From the sequence record DRR723986_647: a DNA stretch of 64,000 nt, one strand, 5' to 3'. Positions 40,547 to 50,220 of this stretch are shown in pieces. Under the pieces are notes generated by a model that did not search any database, had not been told where the DNA came from, and was given only the letters and a program-made list of their open reading frames with translations. Positions within the stretch are counted from its first letter, which is position 1. Each line of letters opens with the position of its first letter. The position numbers and the translations under genes are program-made.

Positions 40547-42607
40547 CTACCGCACCAGTGCTTGCGTTAAATAAACTGCTTTTCTACCCCAACGCTGCGC
40601 CACACCAAGAGGGCCGCTTTTGCCCAAACTACGTGAGGACGCGCTGCCGGATATTTGCTGCACCAGCTCCTCCGGCCCACAGCTTTTGCCCTCGGGCCAT
40701 GCAACATAGCGGGCATATACACACAACACACCGTATACCAGTGCATCAACCGACAAGCGCGCCGTCCGGCGCTCAACGGGTAAATTATCGGTAGTAAGGC
40801 CCCAACCTGCATAAAACGGTTGGCCGTAGGTTGTCACCGGCACACCACGCATCACCGCTTCAAAGCCGGTTAAACTGGTCATGGTGTGCACACCGTCTGC
40901 CGCTTCAAGACAATCAATAATGTCGGCATCAATAACCGTTTCATCAGTGCAGCGCGCTAAAATATCAGCTGACACATCGCCTTCACGGTTGCCGGACACC
41001 ACATCCGGGTGAGGTTTATAAACTATATAAGCATTGGGCTCTGCGGCGCGCACTGCGGCCAAAAGATCTGCGTTTTTAGAAACGTTAGGCGAGCCAAACT
41101 GCAAGCTGGCATCTCCCTCAACCTGGCCTGGCACCAGCAACACAGGTTTGCCGCCTGCTTTTGCCCGAAAGTCTAACTCGCCTTGATTACCAACATTATA
41201 TTTAGACACGCGGGATGCCAGCACCTGTTCTTTCAGCGCGCAGCCGCGGGAAATATCGCTTTCGTCAAAGTCATGAGTATTCAGGAATTTCTCAAGGTCA
41301 CTTTCTGTACCGCCGTCATAATAAATGCCGCACCGGTCCATCACCAGCGATGAGGGCCGCCTGAGGTCCGAGCCTAACCCGACTGAGCGCAAAAAACCGT
41401 CCTCCATGCGCCATACAGGCACATGGGCAGGCACAGTGGCGGCGGCCTCATCGTTAGCACGGCCCCACACAACCACAATATCACCTGGCTGATAGTCATA
41501 TTCCTCAAGCGAACAGGGTGTGGTAAACTGTGTCTTTCCAAAGCCGGGACCAAAAAATTCAGGTAAAAAACCACGTTTCCACAAGGAAAAGCCTGCGGCA
41601 ACTACACGGTTGCCCGTGGGACGGGTCATTTGCCGTTCCGCCACCAAAATATCTAAGGTCTTTTCCAGTGTTGAGGGCTGCAATGTGAAGGGGTTTATGT
41701 AGCGCGTATAGAGAATGAATGCGGCAGCAAACAGCTCTTCCATGCTGCGGTTGGCAATACGATTTTCGCACAATTGTTTGTCATGGGTTAAGCCCCATCC
41801 GGCATAAAACGGCACGCCGAAACAGGTTACTTTTTTGCCTGCGAGCAACCCCTCAAAGCCCAACTGGCTGGTTACCACATAAACATGGTCAACCTTCTCC
41901 ATCAGAGCATAGGGGTTGCAGTCTTCTGCAACAAACAAAACCCGGTCATTGTCGCGAGTGGTTTCCTCGCGCACATCATAGTGGCCCTGTTTGGTCCCCA
42001 CCAGCACGTCCGGGTGCACTTTTGCAATAATTAGCGATGTGGGGTTTTCCTCAAGTGCGGCCTCCAGCATGTCTTTGAACATACTGTCAGTACCCATGCC
42101 GTTGGCAATGGACTTATCGCCGAAGGTTTGGTCAACCACCAACACTTTTGGGCCTTTGAAAGCCGACAATTGCGCCGCCAAGTCATCAGATAAATTGAAG
42201 GCAGACTGATTATATTTTGAAATGCGCCACTTCACCATGCGCGCCATAGCTGTGCGGGCGCGTTTGGTTAGGTCTTCGGTTATCCAATCGTCTGAATTGA
42301 GCAGCTTTTCCAAATCACTGGAACTATGGGCATCATAATATATGCCGCTTTTGTCTACGATCAGCGAAAGGCGGCGATTGTCTATGGCAGGATGGCTGAG
42401 ATAGCCGATAAACCCGTCTTCCAGCCGCCAATATTCCAGCCGGTTCTTATGGGCATAAGCCCTTGCTTTTTCAGTATTTTCTTTCTCGCCCCAACCAAGA
42501 ACGACATCGCCTTCCTTGGTATTTAGGCCGTGGCTTACCGGGCAATCCAGCAGCACAGAAACTGCAGGGTCACGGGCAATACCGCGTGAGGACGTTACCG
42601 CCTTCAC
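40547..42607 (-). CDS. kpsC: Capsule poly-Kdo linker polymerase KpsC
   Basis: Two tandem GT107-like modules (EDGF, SKYN, K.HPDV, TS..GFE, G.PFYAGWGLT each twice). Confidence 0.95.
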   Translation of the reverse strand: MKAVTSSRGIARDPAVSVLLDCPVSHGLNTKEGDVVLGWGEKENTEKARAYAHKNRLEYWRLEDGFIGYLSHPAIDNRRLSLIVDKSGIYYDAHSSSDLEKLLNSDDWITEDLTKRARTAMARMVKWRISKYNQSAFNLSDDLAAQLSAFKGPKVLVVDQTFGDKSIANGMGTDSMFKDMLEAALEENPTSLIIAKVHPDVLVGTKQGHYDVREETTRDNDRVLFVAEDCNPYALMEKVDHVYVVTSQLGFEGLLAGKKVTCFGVPFYAGWGLTHDKQLCENRIANRSMEELFAAAFILYTRYINPFTLQPSTLEKTLDILVAERQMTRPTGNRVVAAGFSLWKRGFLPEFFGPGFGKTQFTTPCSLEEYDYQPGDIVVVWGRANDEAAATVPAHVPVWRMEDGFLRSVGLGSDLRRPSSLVMDRCGIYYDGGTESDLEKFLNTHDFDESDISRGCALKEQVLASRVSKYNVGNQGELDFRAKAGGKPVLLVPGQVEGDASLQFGSPNVSKNADLLAAVRAAEPNAYIVYKPHPDVVSGNREGDVSADILARCTDETVIDADIIDCLEAADGVHTMTSLTGFEAVMRGVPVTTYGQPFYAGWGLTTDNLPVERRTARLSVDALVYGVLCVYARYVAWPEGKSCGPEELVQQISGSASSRSLGKSGPLGVAQRWGRKAVYLTQALVR

Positions 42608-43368
42608 TGGGTTTGCCCCTTCGTGGCTTTGGCAAGAATAGCCTCCACAAGGGCGATATCACCCGGCACATCAACCCCGATTGACGGCACGCCTTCATAA
42701 GCGGCCACATAAATTTTAATGCCGTGCCATAGAGCGCGTAATTGTTCCAGTTTCTCGGCCTCTTCGGTAGGGGCAGGCTTGTTTGTGGCCAAAAACCTGA
42801 GCGTACCTGCACGGTAGGCATAAATACCAATATGCCGAGCATAGGGGTAAACTGATAAGGGCGCGCCGCCGTCGCGGTTATAGGGTACTGCTGCGCGGGA
42901 AAAATACTGGGCAAAACCCTTGCTGTCGGTAACAACCTTAACAATGCCGGGGTCATGAAGGGCCTGTTCGTCTTCAATTTTATCCGCTGCTGTCGCTATA
43001 CCCGCATCGGGCTGGTCGGCCAGCGCCTGCCCCACAAGGCGAATAAGGGCTGGGTCAATCAGGGGTTCGTCCCCCTGCACATTGACGACAATTTCATCGT
43101 CGGGCAAAGCCAAGGCATCCGCCAGTTCGGCCAAACGCTCGGTGCCGTTTTCATGGTCAGCCCGGGTCATAAGCGGCGTGCCACCAAAGCCCGCCACCGC
43201 ATCCGCTATGCGCTGGTCATCGGTTGCGACAATAACATCTGGCGGGTTATCTGTAGCACGCACTGCCTGCTGCCACACATGCTGTATCATCGGCTTGCCC
43301 GCTATCAGCGCAAGCGGCTTGCCCGGAAACCGGCTGGAGTCATAACGTGCTGGTATGGCAATCTTCAT
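42604..43368 (-). CDS. kdsB: CMP-Kdo synthetase (KdsB/KpsU)
   Basis: IPARYDSSRFPGKPL, VNVQGDEP, HIGIYAY, EKLEQLRAL. Confidence 0.96.
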   Translation of the reverse strand: MKIAIPARYDSSRFPGKPLALIAGKPMIQHVWQQAVRATDNPPDVIVATDDQRIADAVAGFGGTPLMTRADHENGTERLAELADALALPDDEIVVNVQGDEPLIDPALIRLVGQALADQPDAGIATAADKIEDEQALHDPGIVKVVTDSKGFAQYFSRAAVPYNRDGGAPLSVYPYARHIGIYAYRAGTLRFLATNKPAPTEEAEKLEQLRALWHGIKIYVAAYEGVPSIGVDVPGDIALVEAILAKATKGQTQ

Positions 43369-43374
43369 GAAATG

Positions 43375-43890
43375 TCAGACATATTCTTTGGGGTGAACTA
43401 GGTCCACAAGCGCCACGCCGTTTTTTTCGGCGATATGCTCACACGCTTCGCGTACCGCGCCTTGCCCGCCCTCATTCACACATACCCAGTGTGCTATTTC
43501 TTTCACATCATTAACCGCATTTTGGGGCGCAATGGCATAGCCAGCCCGGCGCATAACATCCATGTCGATCCAGTCGTCGCCCATGAAAGCGCAATCAGCA
43601 AGCGTCAGGCCCAGCTCGTCACAGATATCATTGAGTGCTGAGGTTTTATCAGAACATTTCAATCGGCGACGGCGAATGCCAAGGTCGTCCAAACGGCGCT
43701 CAAGCGGCGCACTTTGACGGCCAGAAATGACCACAACTTCCACACCCGATTTACGTAAATATTTCATGCCAAGGCCGTCTTGGGCGTTAAACGCTTTCAA
43801 GTCTTCGCCGTTTGCTGTGTATAAAATGGTGCCGTCTGTCATCACACCGTCAACATCAAGGGCAAGCAATTTAATGGTCTTAGCGGTCAT
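43375..43890 (-). CDS. kdsC: Kdo 8-phosphate phosphatase
   Basis: LDVDGVMTDG, FNAQDGLG, MGDDWID, GGQGAVRE. Confidence 0.93.
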   Translation of the reverse strand: MTAKTIKLLALDVDGVMTDGTILYTANGEDLKAFNAQDGLGMKYLRKSGVEVVVISGRQSAPLERRLDDLGIRRRRLKCSDKTSALNDICDELGLTLADCAFMGDDWIDMDVMRRAGYAIAPQNAVNDVKEIAHWVCVNEGGQGAVREACEHIAEKNGVALVDLVHPKEYV

Positions 43891-43893
43891 GTT

Positions 43894-44736
43894 CTACTCC
43901 GTCACCAAGTGGTCGAAGCTTTTCACTAAATCATCAATAGATTTCACTTGCTCAAGATATGGCTTCAGCTGTTTTAATGGCAACGCACACGGCCCGTCGC
44001 ACAGCGCTTCATCGGGGTTCGGGTGTGCCTCCAGAAACAGGCCGGCCAAGCCAAGCGCCATACCCGACCGCGTAAGCGCTGCAGCTTGCGACCGTCTGCC
44101 ATCTGCGCTGTCACTGCGGCCGCCCGGTTGTTGCAAGGCGTGGGTGGCATCAAATATAACCGGCGCAAAGCGTTTCATAATATCCATGCCCAGCATATCA
44201 ACCACAAGGTTGTTATAGCCAAAGCTGGTGCCGCGTTCGCAGCACATCACGTCTTTTTTGCCGCTTTCTTCAAACTTCTTTAGAATATGCTTCATTTCCT
44301 GCGGCGCAAGAAACTGGGGCTTTTTCACATTGACCGCGGCCTTGGTTGCAGCCATGGCAGCAACCAGATCGGTCTGGCGGGCAAGAAAAGCTGGCAGCTG
44401 AATTACGTCTGCAACGTCTGCTACTGCGCTGGCCTGGTGGGGCTCATGCACATCGGTCAATATTGGCACATCCATATCGCGGCGGATGTCAGCCAGAATT
44501 TGCAAACCTGCGTCAAGGCCTGGCCCGCGAAATGAATGAATAGAAGACCGGTTCGCCTTGTCGAAACTGGCTTTAAAAACATAAGGTATGTCAAGTTCGG
44601 TGGTTACCTCTTTAAAAGTGCCGGCAATGTCGAACGCCATATCCCGACTTTCAAGCACATTCATGCCGCCAAACAACACGAAAGGCAGGTCGTTCGCCAC
44701 ATTAATTTTGTTCGCAATTAAAAGGCTGCGCCCCAT
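43894..44736 (-). CDS. kdsA: Kdo 8-phosphate synthase (metal-independent type, GMN)
   Basis: [45 protein letters not shown]. Confidence 0.96.
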   Translation of the reverse strand: MGRSLLIANKINVANDLPFVLFGGMNVLESRDMAFDIAGTFKEVTTELDIPYVFKASFDKANRSSIHSFRGPGLDAGLQILADIRRDMDVPILTDVHEPHQASAVADVADVIQLPAFLARQTDLVAAMAATKAAVNVKKPQFLAPQEMKHILKKFEESGKKDVMCCERGTSFGYNNLVVDMLGMDIMKRFAPVIFDATHALQQPGGRSDSADGRRSQAAALTRSGMALGLAGLFLEAHPNPDEALCDGPCALPLKQLKPYLEQVKSIDDLVKSFDHLVTE

Positions 44737-44837
44737 AGCCGACCCTTTCAAGAAATATCCTTAAATATATACCAACTTGGCTACCGCGCTGACGCAAAAA
44801 GCGCAAGCATACAAATGTAGACTTTTTGCCATATCCC

Positions 44838-45578
44838 CTAGTCGCCAGAGATGTTTTCAAGTGAACTGGGCCTATATTCAGGCCGTTTAATATCGCAGTC
44901 TAGGGTAAAGGTGGCATTTCGTTCGCAAACGCATCCAATCGCCAACTCAAACTCGGGCAGAAAATGAAAAAAAATTGTTAAGTCTGACCGGCCACCTGGG
45001 GTTGGAGACACCAATACAAATTGACCATCTCTAAACTCGATTTCAATGCCGCGCAGGTACGGCATGAGTGTACCGTCTTCCATTTTCACGCAGGACTCCT
45101 TGATCGCCCAATAGGTGAAGAACAATATACGCCCTTCATTTTCAGGCATGGCGTCCAGTAGCTTCCACTCCTTCTCGGGGAAGCGGCGCTGCGCAACTCT
45201 TTTCCAATCAATATGATGGTCTACCTGCTGAATATCGATACCAATGCGCGTGGTTTCCGCAACTGCTACAGCGGCGATACCCGCCTCGGCAGAACCAGTG
45301 TGCGAAACCGAATAAAAAGGCGCTTCATCGTCCTTGAAACCTTCAATGAAAATACGCCCTGCTGCTTCCTGAACCAGCGGCACTGCCGAGCCCCTAAGCC
45401 CCATGAATTTACCCAGCTCGCGCCGCAACATAGCCCGCGCTGTAACAAAAGAAGGGCGCGCGCCTTCATGCATGCCAGCGAGACGGTCATGCTCGGCATC
45501 AGACAAAATATCCTGATCGCTAAGTGCTGGATCAGCGGCTCTGATTTTTAGCGTTATAGTTTCTGGTTGGAGGCTCAT
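44838..45578 (-). CDS. Sfp-type 4'-phosphopantetheinyl transferase
   Basis: YSVSHT, IGIDIQ, FF.YWAIKES..K. Confidence 0.85.
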   Translation of the reverse strand: MSLQPETITLKIRAADPALSDQDILSDAEHDRLAGMHEGARPSFVTARAMLRRELGKFMGLRGSAVPLVQEAAGRIFIEGFKDDEAPFYSVSHTGSAEAGIAAVAVAETTRIGIDIQQVDHHIDWKRVAQRRFPEKEWKLLDAMPENEGRILFFTYWAIKESCVKMEDGTLMPYLRGIEIEFRDGQFVLVSPTPGGRSDLTIFFHFLPEFELAIGCVCERNATFTLDCDIKRPEYRPSSLENISGD

Positions 45579-45751
45579 GAGCAGCTCATTAGGTTAACGA
45601 AAGTTAACTATAATACATTGACCGACAAAGAACACCTGGATTTTCAGCATGCAAGTTGCCCATGCAAAACACAAATGGAATGTTAGGACAAGAAGGAGAG
45701 AGCGTAGGAAAGTGACAGAAAATAGGGAGGGGATATAAAGCGGAGGGAGGG

Positions 45752-45789
45752 AGAAAGAGAAAGCCCCAGCAACATGCGCCAGGGCTTTC
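45752..45789 (-). terminator. Intrinsic terminator after the large RTX gene
   Basis: Minus-strand GAAAGCCCTGGCG-CATGT-TGCTGGGGCTTTC stem (with G-U pairs) followed by TCTTTCT. Confidence 0.7.
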
Positions 45790-45815
45790 GTAGTGTTTAA
45801 ATTAAGTCAATTACA

Positions 45816-48800
45816 CTAGAATACAAAATGATCAACGGTAAGATCATCAAGTGTTATATTTGACAGGAACACCGTCGAATTACTTCCCAAATTAATCAAT
45901 ACGCCGTCCACCCCATCTCGAGAGGTTTCGATAGACGCTTCTTTTACATCGAAAAGGTTTGTAAAGTCTGTTGGCGTCGCGTTGACGTTGAGAATATCAT
46001 CGTTCACGTTAAAATCGACTACAGTATTAGTAGCGTTAGTCGCTGCGTCAAAAATAAATGTATCATCGCCGTCACCGCCCCGGAACAAATTGGTGCCGCC
46101 ACTACCTGTTAGGGTATCATCACCAGCACCACCACGCACAGAATCGTTCCCGGCACCACCGTTAACGACATCGTTGCCTGAACCGCCGAACAACACATCA
46201 TTTCCGGCATCACCAATTACACTGTCGTTACCGGTTCCGCCAAACACTGTATCATTGCCAGTACCACCATCGAGCGTGTCATCAGCATTGTTGCTGCCTT
46301 TACCGCCGTAAATTATGTCGTTACCTTCAAAGCCTGTGACATCATCACACCCTTCACCGCCGCCAAGCACGTCATTACCGCCAGCACCGTAAACTGTATC
46401 GTTACCTGTACCTGCATATAATACGTTGTGAGCATCGTTGGCCGCGTGGCTCACTTCAGCTTCTTCAACATTGTTGTCGCCATCATCATCCCAGGAGCCA
46501 CCGACAAGAACGTCGTTGCCCGAGCCACCAAAAATAACGTCTGTGCCATCACCAGCTGTCGTATCTCCGCCACCAAAACTTGTTGCGTCAGTACCACCAC
46601 CGATGAGAATATCATCGTTCATACCGCCAGCTATGGTATCGTTACCAGCGTCACCTCTGATTAAGTCGTCACCATTCGCATTGGAACCACCGGCAAATAT
46701 TTGGTCATTACCGTCACCGGCTCGAACAAGATCATCACCACAACCACCCGTGATCAGATCATTACCGCCATCGCCGTCAATCGTGTCGTCGCCGCCGTTA
46801 CCGCGAATAACATCTCGGGATACACCTCCGTCAAAGTCTTCACCCGCTTCGCCGCCCGTTAGTGTATCCCCTTCAGGATCCGCTGTTATTGTACCAAGCG
46901 GAGTCACAGTAAGGATAACATCCACTGTAACAGTTTCATCAGTGCCAGAGTTAAACAGGGTTACTTCCACTGTTTGGGTCGAATTGGATGTGATTGTACT
47001 AAGAGAAGCATTTGCAGCAAATGTAAGCGTATCAGCCGCAGTATCCACAGTTAGTCTACCATCTGTGGTTTGGATCACACTACCGTTGGAAACCGTTGTG
47101 CCGTCAACTTTTGTAATGACCCAATCAGCCGCATTTGCAGCCGTTAGAGGGGTTGCATTAGCTGGTACCCAATTGAAGATTTGAGTGGTTGCAATGCTTG
47201 CCGCAGCAGTATTGTTACCGGCAGTAGTGCTAATTGTTAAATCAGTCACAACAGTTTGGTCAGACCCGGTGGTCAGTGTCACATTATCAAATTTAAGCGT
47301 TTCAGCACCAGTAACTGTGTCTGTTCCCTCAACCCCAATAATATAATCACCGTTAACACCACCATCAGTAATGTCTGCGGCGGCATCGAGATTACCACTG
47401 AAAACAGCCGTGTCGGCACCGTCGCCGCCGGTAACACTATCATTGCCTGCGCCACCTGTCAGGCTATCGTCGCCGCGCGCGCCATCAAGCGTGTCATTCC
47501 CAGCGCCACCAATAAGGGTGTCATTCTGAATATCGAACTGAGTATCCCCCAGAAGACTATCGTCTCCGTTACCGCCGTCCAGTATGTCCGCACCGCCTTC
47601 ACCGCGCAGGGTATCATTGTCGTTACCACCCAGCAGACTGTCATTGCCAGTACCGCCTTCGAGGGTATCGTCACCGTTGCCACCGCTAATGGTGTCGTTA
47701 CCGCCGAGTCCATCAATCAAATCTGCACTAGTTGTGCCAGACAGATTATCATTCCCTGCAGTACCCTCAATACCTGTATCTGCGTTGACTGTGACAACAA
47801 GGGGTACAGTAACCGTTTCGCTAGTCGCCACATTTGTCAGGGTGATAGTTACATTTTCGGTTTGCACATTCGGGTCGTTTGCTTCATCAGAACCGGCATT
47901 AAATACGATCGTATCTACCGTTCCACCAACGTTTGTAACTGTAATTGAGCCCAAACTGATAGTCACCGAGGAACCCGCCGAAACGTTCGAACCGTTAATA
48001 CGCGTAATATTCCACTCAGCAGCTGTTGACGCAGCAAGCACATCTGTTGCGCTTGACGGAACCCACTCCAAAACCGAAGTTCCAGGCGTGTTGGTCGCAC
48101 TTGCCGTACCGGCATCTGCCGAGAGGCCAATATTTAGACCGATGTCCTCGTTAGCTGTAGATGACAATGTTACGTTGCTGAACTGTATCGACTCGTATCC
48201 GGTCGAGATAGTGTCTGTTCCTTCAACGCCAACCGTTAAGTTGCCGCCTGTTACACCGTTGATATCAGCAGCGTCATCCACGTTTCCTGTGATAATGATA
48301 ACATCCGTACCGTCACCACTGGTATATGTGTCATTACCCGCGCCGCCGGTAAGCGTATCATTACCGTCACCACCAATAAGTGTGTCATCCCCATTATTTG
48401 AGGTTAAGCTGTCATTACCAGCGCCGCCATCTAGGCTGTCGTTGCTTGAGCCAGCACCGTCATCGTCTGAAATCGTGTCATTATTATTGCCACCCAACAA
48501 CGTATCTTGCCCGGTACCACCAGCAATAGTGTCATTCCCATCATTACCAGTAATGCTGTCATCACCCGCGTCACCCGTGAATGTTTCATTGTCACCATCA
48601 CCGGTTAGGGTGTCATTCCCGGTCGTACCGGTAAATGTGGTGTCGGCAGTAACAGTTATGTTTAGCGTGATATCAGCAACAGACGTACCACCATTTTCCT
48701 GTACCCGAATAACAACTGTCTCTGTCTGATCTGCCGCAAGGTTAGCGGCCGCGGCAGATGGTGTGAAACGCACTGTCTCTTCAACACCGTCGCCGTCGGT

Positions 48801-50048
48801 GTCCAAGAATTGCAAGTTACCAATTGTGCCAACCGCAACATTAGTTGCCGGGTTAACCGCTGTGAAGACACCCGAATTACCAGATGGATCACCGCCGGCA
48901 ACTGTACCGTTAATATCCCAATCATTATTGGTGGAGGAGTTGGACAGAACATCGCTTGCACTTGGGCGCCACGACAAAACCGAACCAAATATCGTATTAT
49001 TGGTTGTCGTCGTTCCGTTTGTTGAAATGTTCAATTCTTGGCCAAAGTCATCATTGGCTGTACTTGAAAGTGTGAGGCTGTTGTTAAAAGCAATATTTTC
49101 TACGTTGCGAACAGTGTCGGAACCTTCAACATTTACATTAAGGCCACCGGCTAGCGTTCCTGTAATATCATTAACGCTATCAATATTTCCATCGATCGTA
49201 AGCGTATCTGTGCCCGCACCACCGTCGACAATGTCGTTACCAAGACCGCCAGTGATAGCATCATTACCTGCACCACCATCAATGCTGTCATTGTCATTGC
49301 CGCCAGCAATGGTATCGTTACCAGAACCACCCAAAAGCGTGTCACGCCCGATGCCACCAATTAGGCTGTCATTATCAGCACCACCGTCAAAACGGTCATC
49401 ACCGTTACCGCCCTCAATTGTGTCAAGGCCGTCATTACCAGCAAGGCTGTCATTGCCGTCGTCACCGAACAGGCTGTCATTGCCTGTGCCACCGTTCAAT
49501 GTATCATTGCCCGCTTCACCGCGCAGCACATCGTTGCCGGCATCACCAAAGCCTTGGTCATTACCAGCACCGCCAAGAATGCTATCTACACCGTCGCCGC
49601 CAACAAGGTTATCGTTATCAGCGTTACCACCAATGGTGTCATCGCCTGCCCCGCCATCGATCTGGTCTGCGCCCGCGCCGCCGTCGAGGCTATCCCCTGC
49701 TGCGTCACCAAAAATAGTGTCATTGCCAGCGCCACCGTCTACGGTGTCAACATCATCGCAACCAAACACTTGGTCATTGCCGTCGCCACCGCTAATACTG
49801 TCTGTACCTGCGTTACCAACCAACACATCGTTACCAGCATCGCCGTTCAGCGTATCGTTGCCCGTGCCGCCAGAGATGTTATCAACGCCGTTGCCACCGC
49901 TAATGCTATCATTATCCTCGTTACCGAAGATAGTTTCATCGCCGGTGCCACCGTTAATGGTGTCGTTACCGGCCAAACCGTTGATAGTGTTATCGTCTGC
50001 GTTACCCGCAATGAGGTCGCCGCCCGCTGTACCGTCGATAGTTGCCAT
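45816..50048 (-). CDS. Large RTX Ca2+-binding T1SS substrate / adhesin (1410 aa)
   Basis: Four blocks of GGxGxD repeats separated by three homologous ~170-190 aa beta-rich units; C-terminal VVDF...DIL...VFL.NI.L.DL...F.F signal. Confidence 0.9.
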   Translation of the reverse strand: MATIDGTAGGDLIAGNADDNTINGLAGNDTINGGTGDETIFGNEDNDSISGGNGVDNISGGTGNDTLNGDAGNDVLVGNAGTDSISGGDGNDQVFGCDDVDTVDGGAGNDTIFGDAAGDSLDGGAGADQIDGGAGDDTIGGNADNDNLVGGDGVDSILGGAGNDQGFGDAGNDVLRGEAGNDTLNGGTGNDSLFGDDGNDSLAGNDGLDTIEGGNGDDRFDGGADNDSLIGGIGRDTLLGGSGNDTIAGGNDNDSIDGGAGNDAITGGLGNDIVDGGAGTDTLTIDGNIDSVNDITGTLAGGLNVNVEGSDTVRNVENIAFNNSLTLSSTANDDFGQELNISTNGTTTTNNTIFGSVLSWRPSASDVLSNSSTNNDWDINGTVAGGDPSGNSGVFTAVNPATNVAVGTIGNLQFLDTDGDGVEETVRFTPSAAAANLAADQTETVVIRVQENGGTSVADITLNITVTADTTFTGTTGNDTLTGDGDNETFTGDAGDDSITGNDGNDTIAGGTGQDTLLGGNNNDTISDDDGAGSSNDSLDGGAGNDSLTSNNGDDTLIGGDGNDTLTGGAGNDTYTSGDGTDVIIITGNVDDAADINGVTGGNLTVGVEGTDTISTGYESIQFSNVTLSSTANEDIGLNIGLSADAGTASATNTPGTSVLEWVPSSATDVLAASTAAEWNITRINGSNVSAGSSVTISLGSITVTNVGGTVDTIVFNAGSDEANDPNVQTENVTITLTNVATSETVTVPLVVTVNADTGIEGTAGNDNLSGTTSADLIDGLGGNDTISGGNGDDTLEGGTGNDSLLGGNDNDTLRGEGGADILDGGNGDDSLLGDTQFDIQNDTLIGGAGNDTLDGARGDDSLTGGAGNDSVTGGDGADTAVFSGNLDAAADITDGGVNGDYIIGVEGTDTVTGAETLKFDNVTLTTGSDQTVVTDLTISTTAGNNTAAASIATTQIFNWVPANATPLTAANAADWVITKVDGTTVSNGSVIQTTDGRLTVDTAADTLTFAANASLSTITSNSTQTVEVTLFNSGTDETVTVDVILTVTPLGTITADPEGDTLTGGEAGEDFDGGVSRDVIRGNGGDDTIDGDGGNDLITGGCGDDLVRAGDGNDQIFAGGSNANGDDLIRGDAGNDTIAGGMNDDILIGGGTDATSFGGGDTTAGDGTDVIFGGSGNDVLVGGSWDDDGDNNVEEAEVSHAANDAHNVLYAGTGNDTVYGAGGNDVLGGGEGCDDVTGFEGNDIIYGGKGSNNADDTLDGGTGNDTVFGGTGNDSVIGDAGNDVLFGGSGNDVVNGGAGNDSVRGGAGDDTLTGSGGTNLFRGGDGDDTFIFDAATNATNTVVDFNVNDDILNVNATPTDFTNLFDVKEASIETSRDGVDGVLINLGSNSTVFLSNITLDDLTVDHFVF

Positions 50049-50220
50049 AGTAGAGCCCCAACATATTTACTGAGAAAACAAATTTTCGGCAGGCTACCAG
50101 CAACATTCGCGTGCGTCAAACGTAACTGTAGGGTGATATGCAGGTTTTTAGCTGTGGAATCTGCAGTTTAGCACATTTTTGCAACAGTCAGAGTCGGTTA
50201 GGTAAATTGAGGCAAATCGA

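Noticed and set aside
45593-45610. TTAA-N6-TTAAC upstream of the PPTase as a CtrA box
   Set aside because: Spacing is 6, not 7
46438-50171. Long plus-strand ORFs (e.g. 47584-48729, 48763-50073) rich in SLPAPP
   Set aside because: Antisense shadows of GGxGxD repeats with biased codons; the same occurs at 8209-10331
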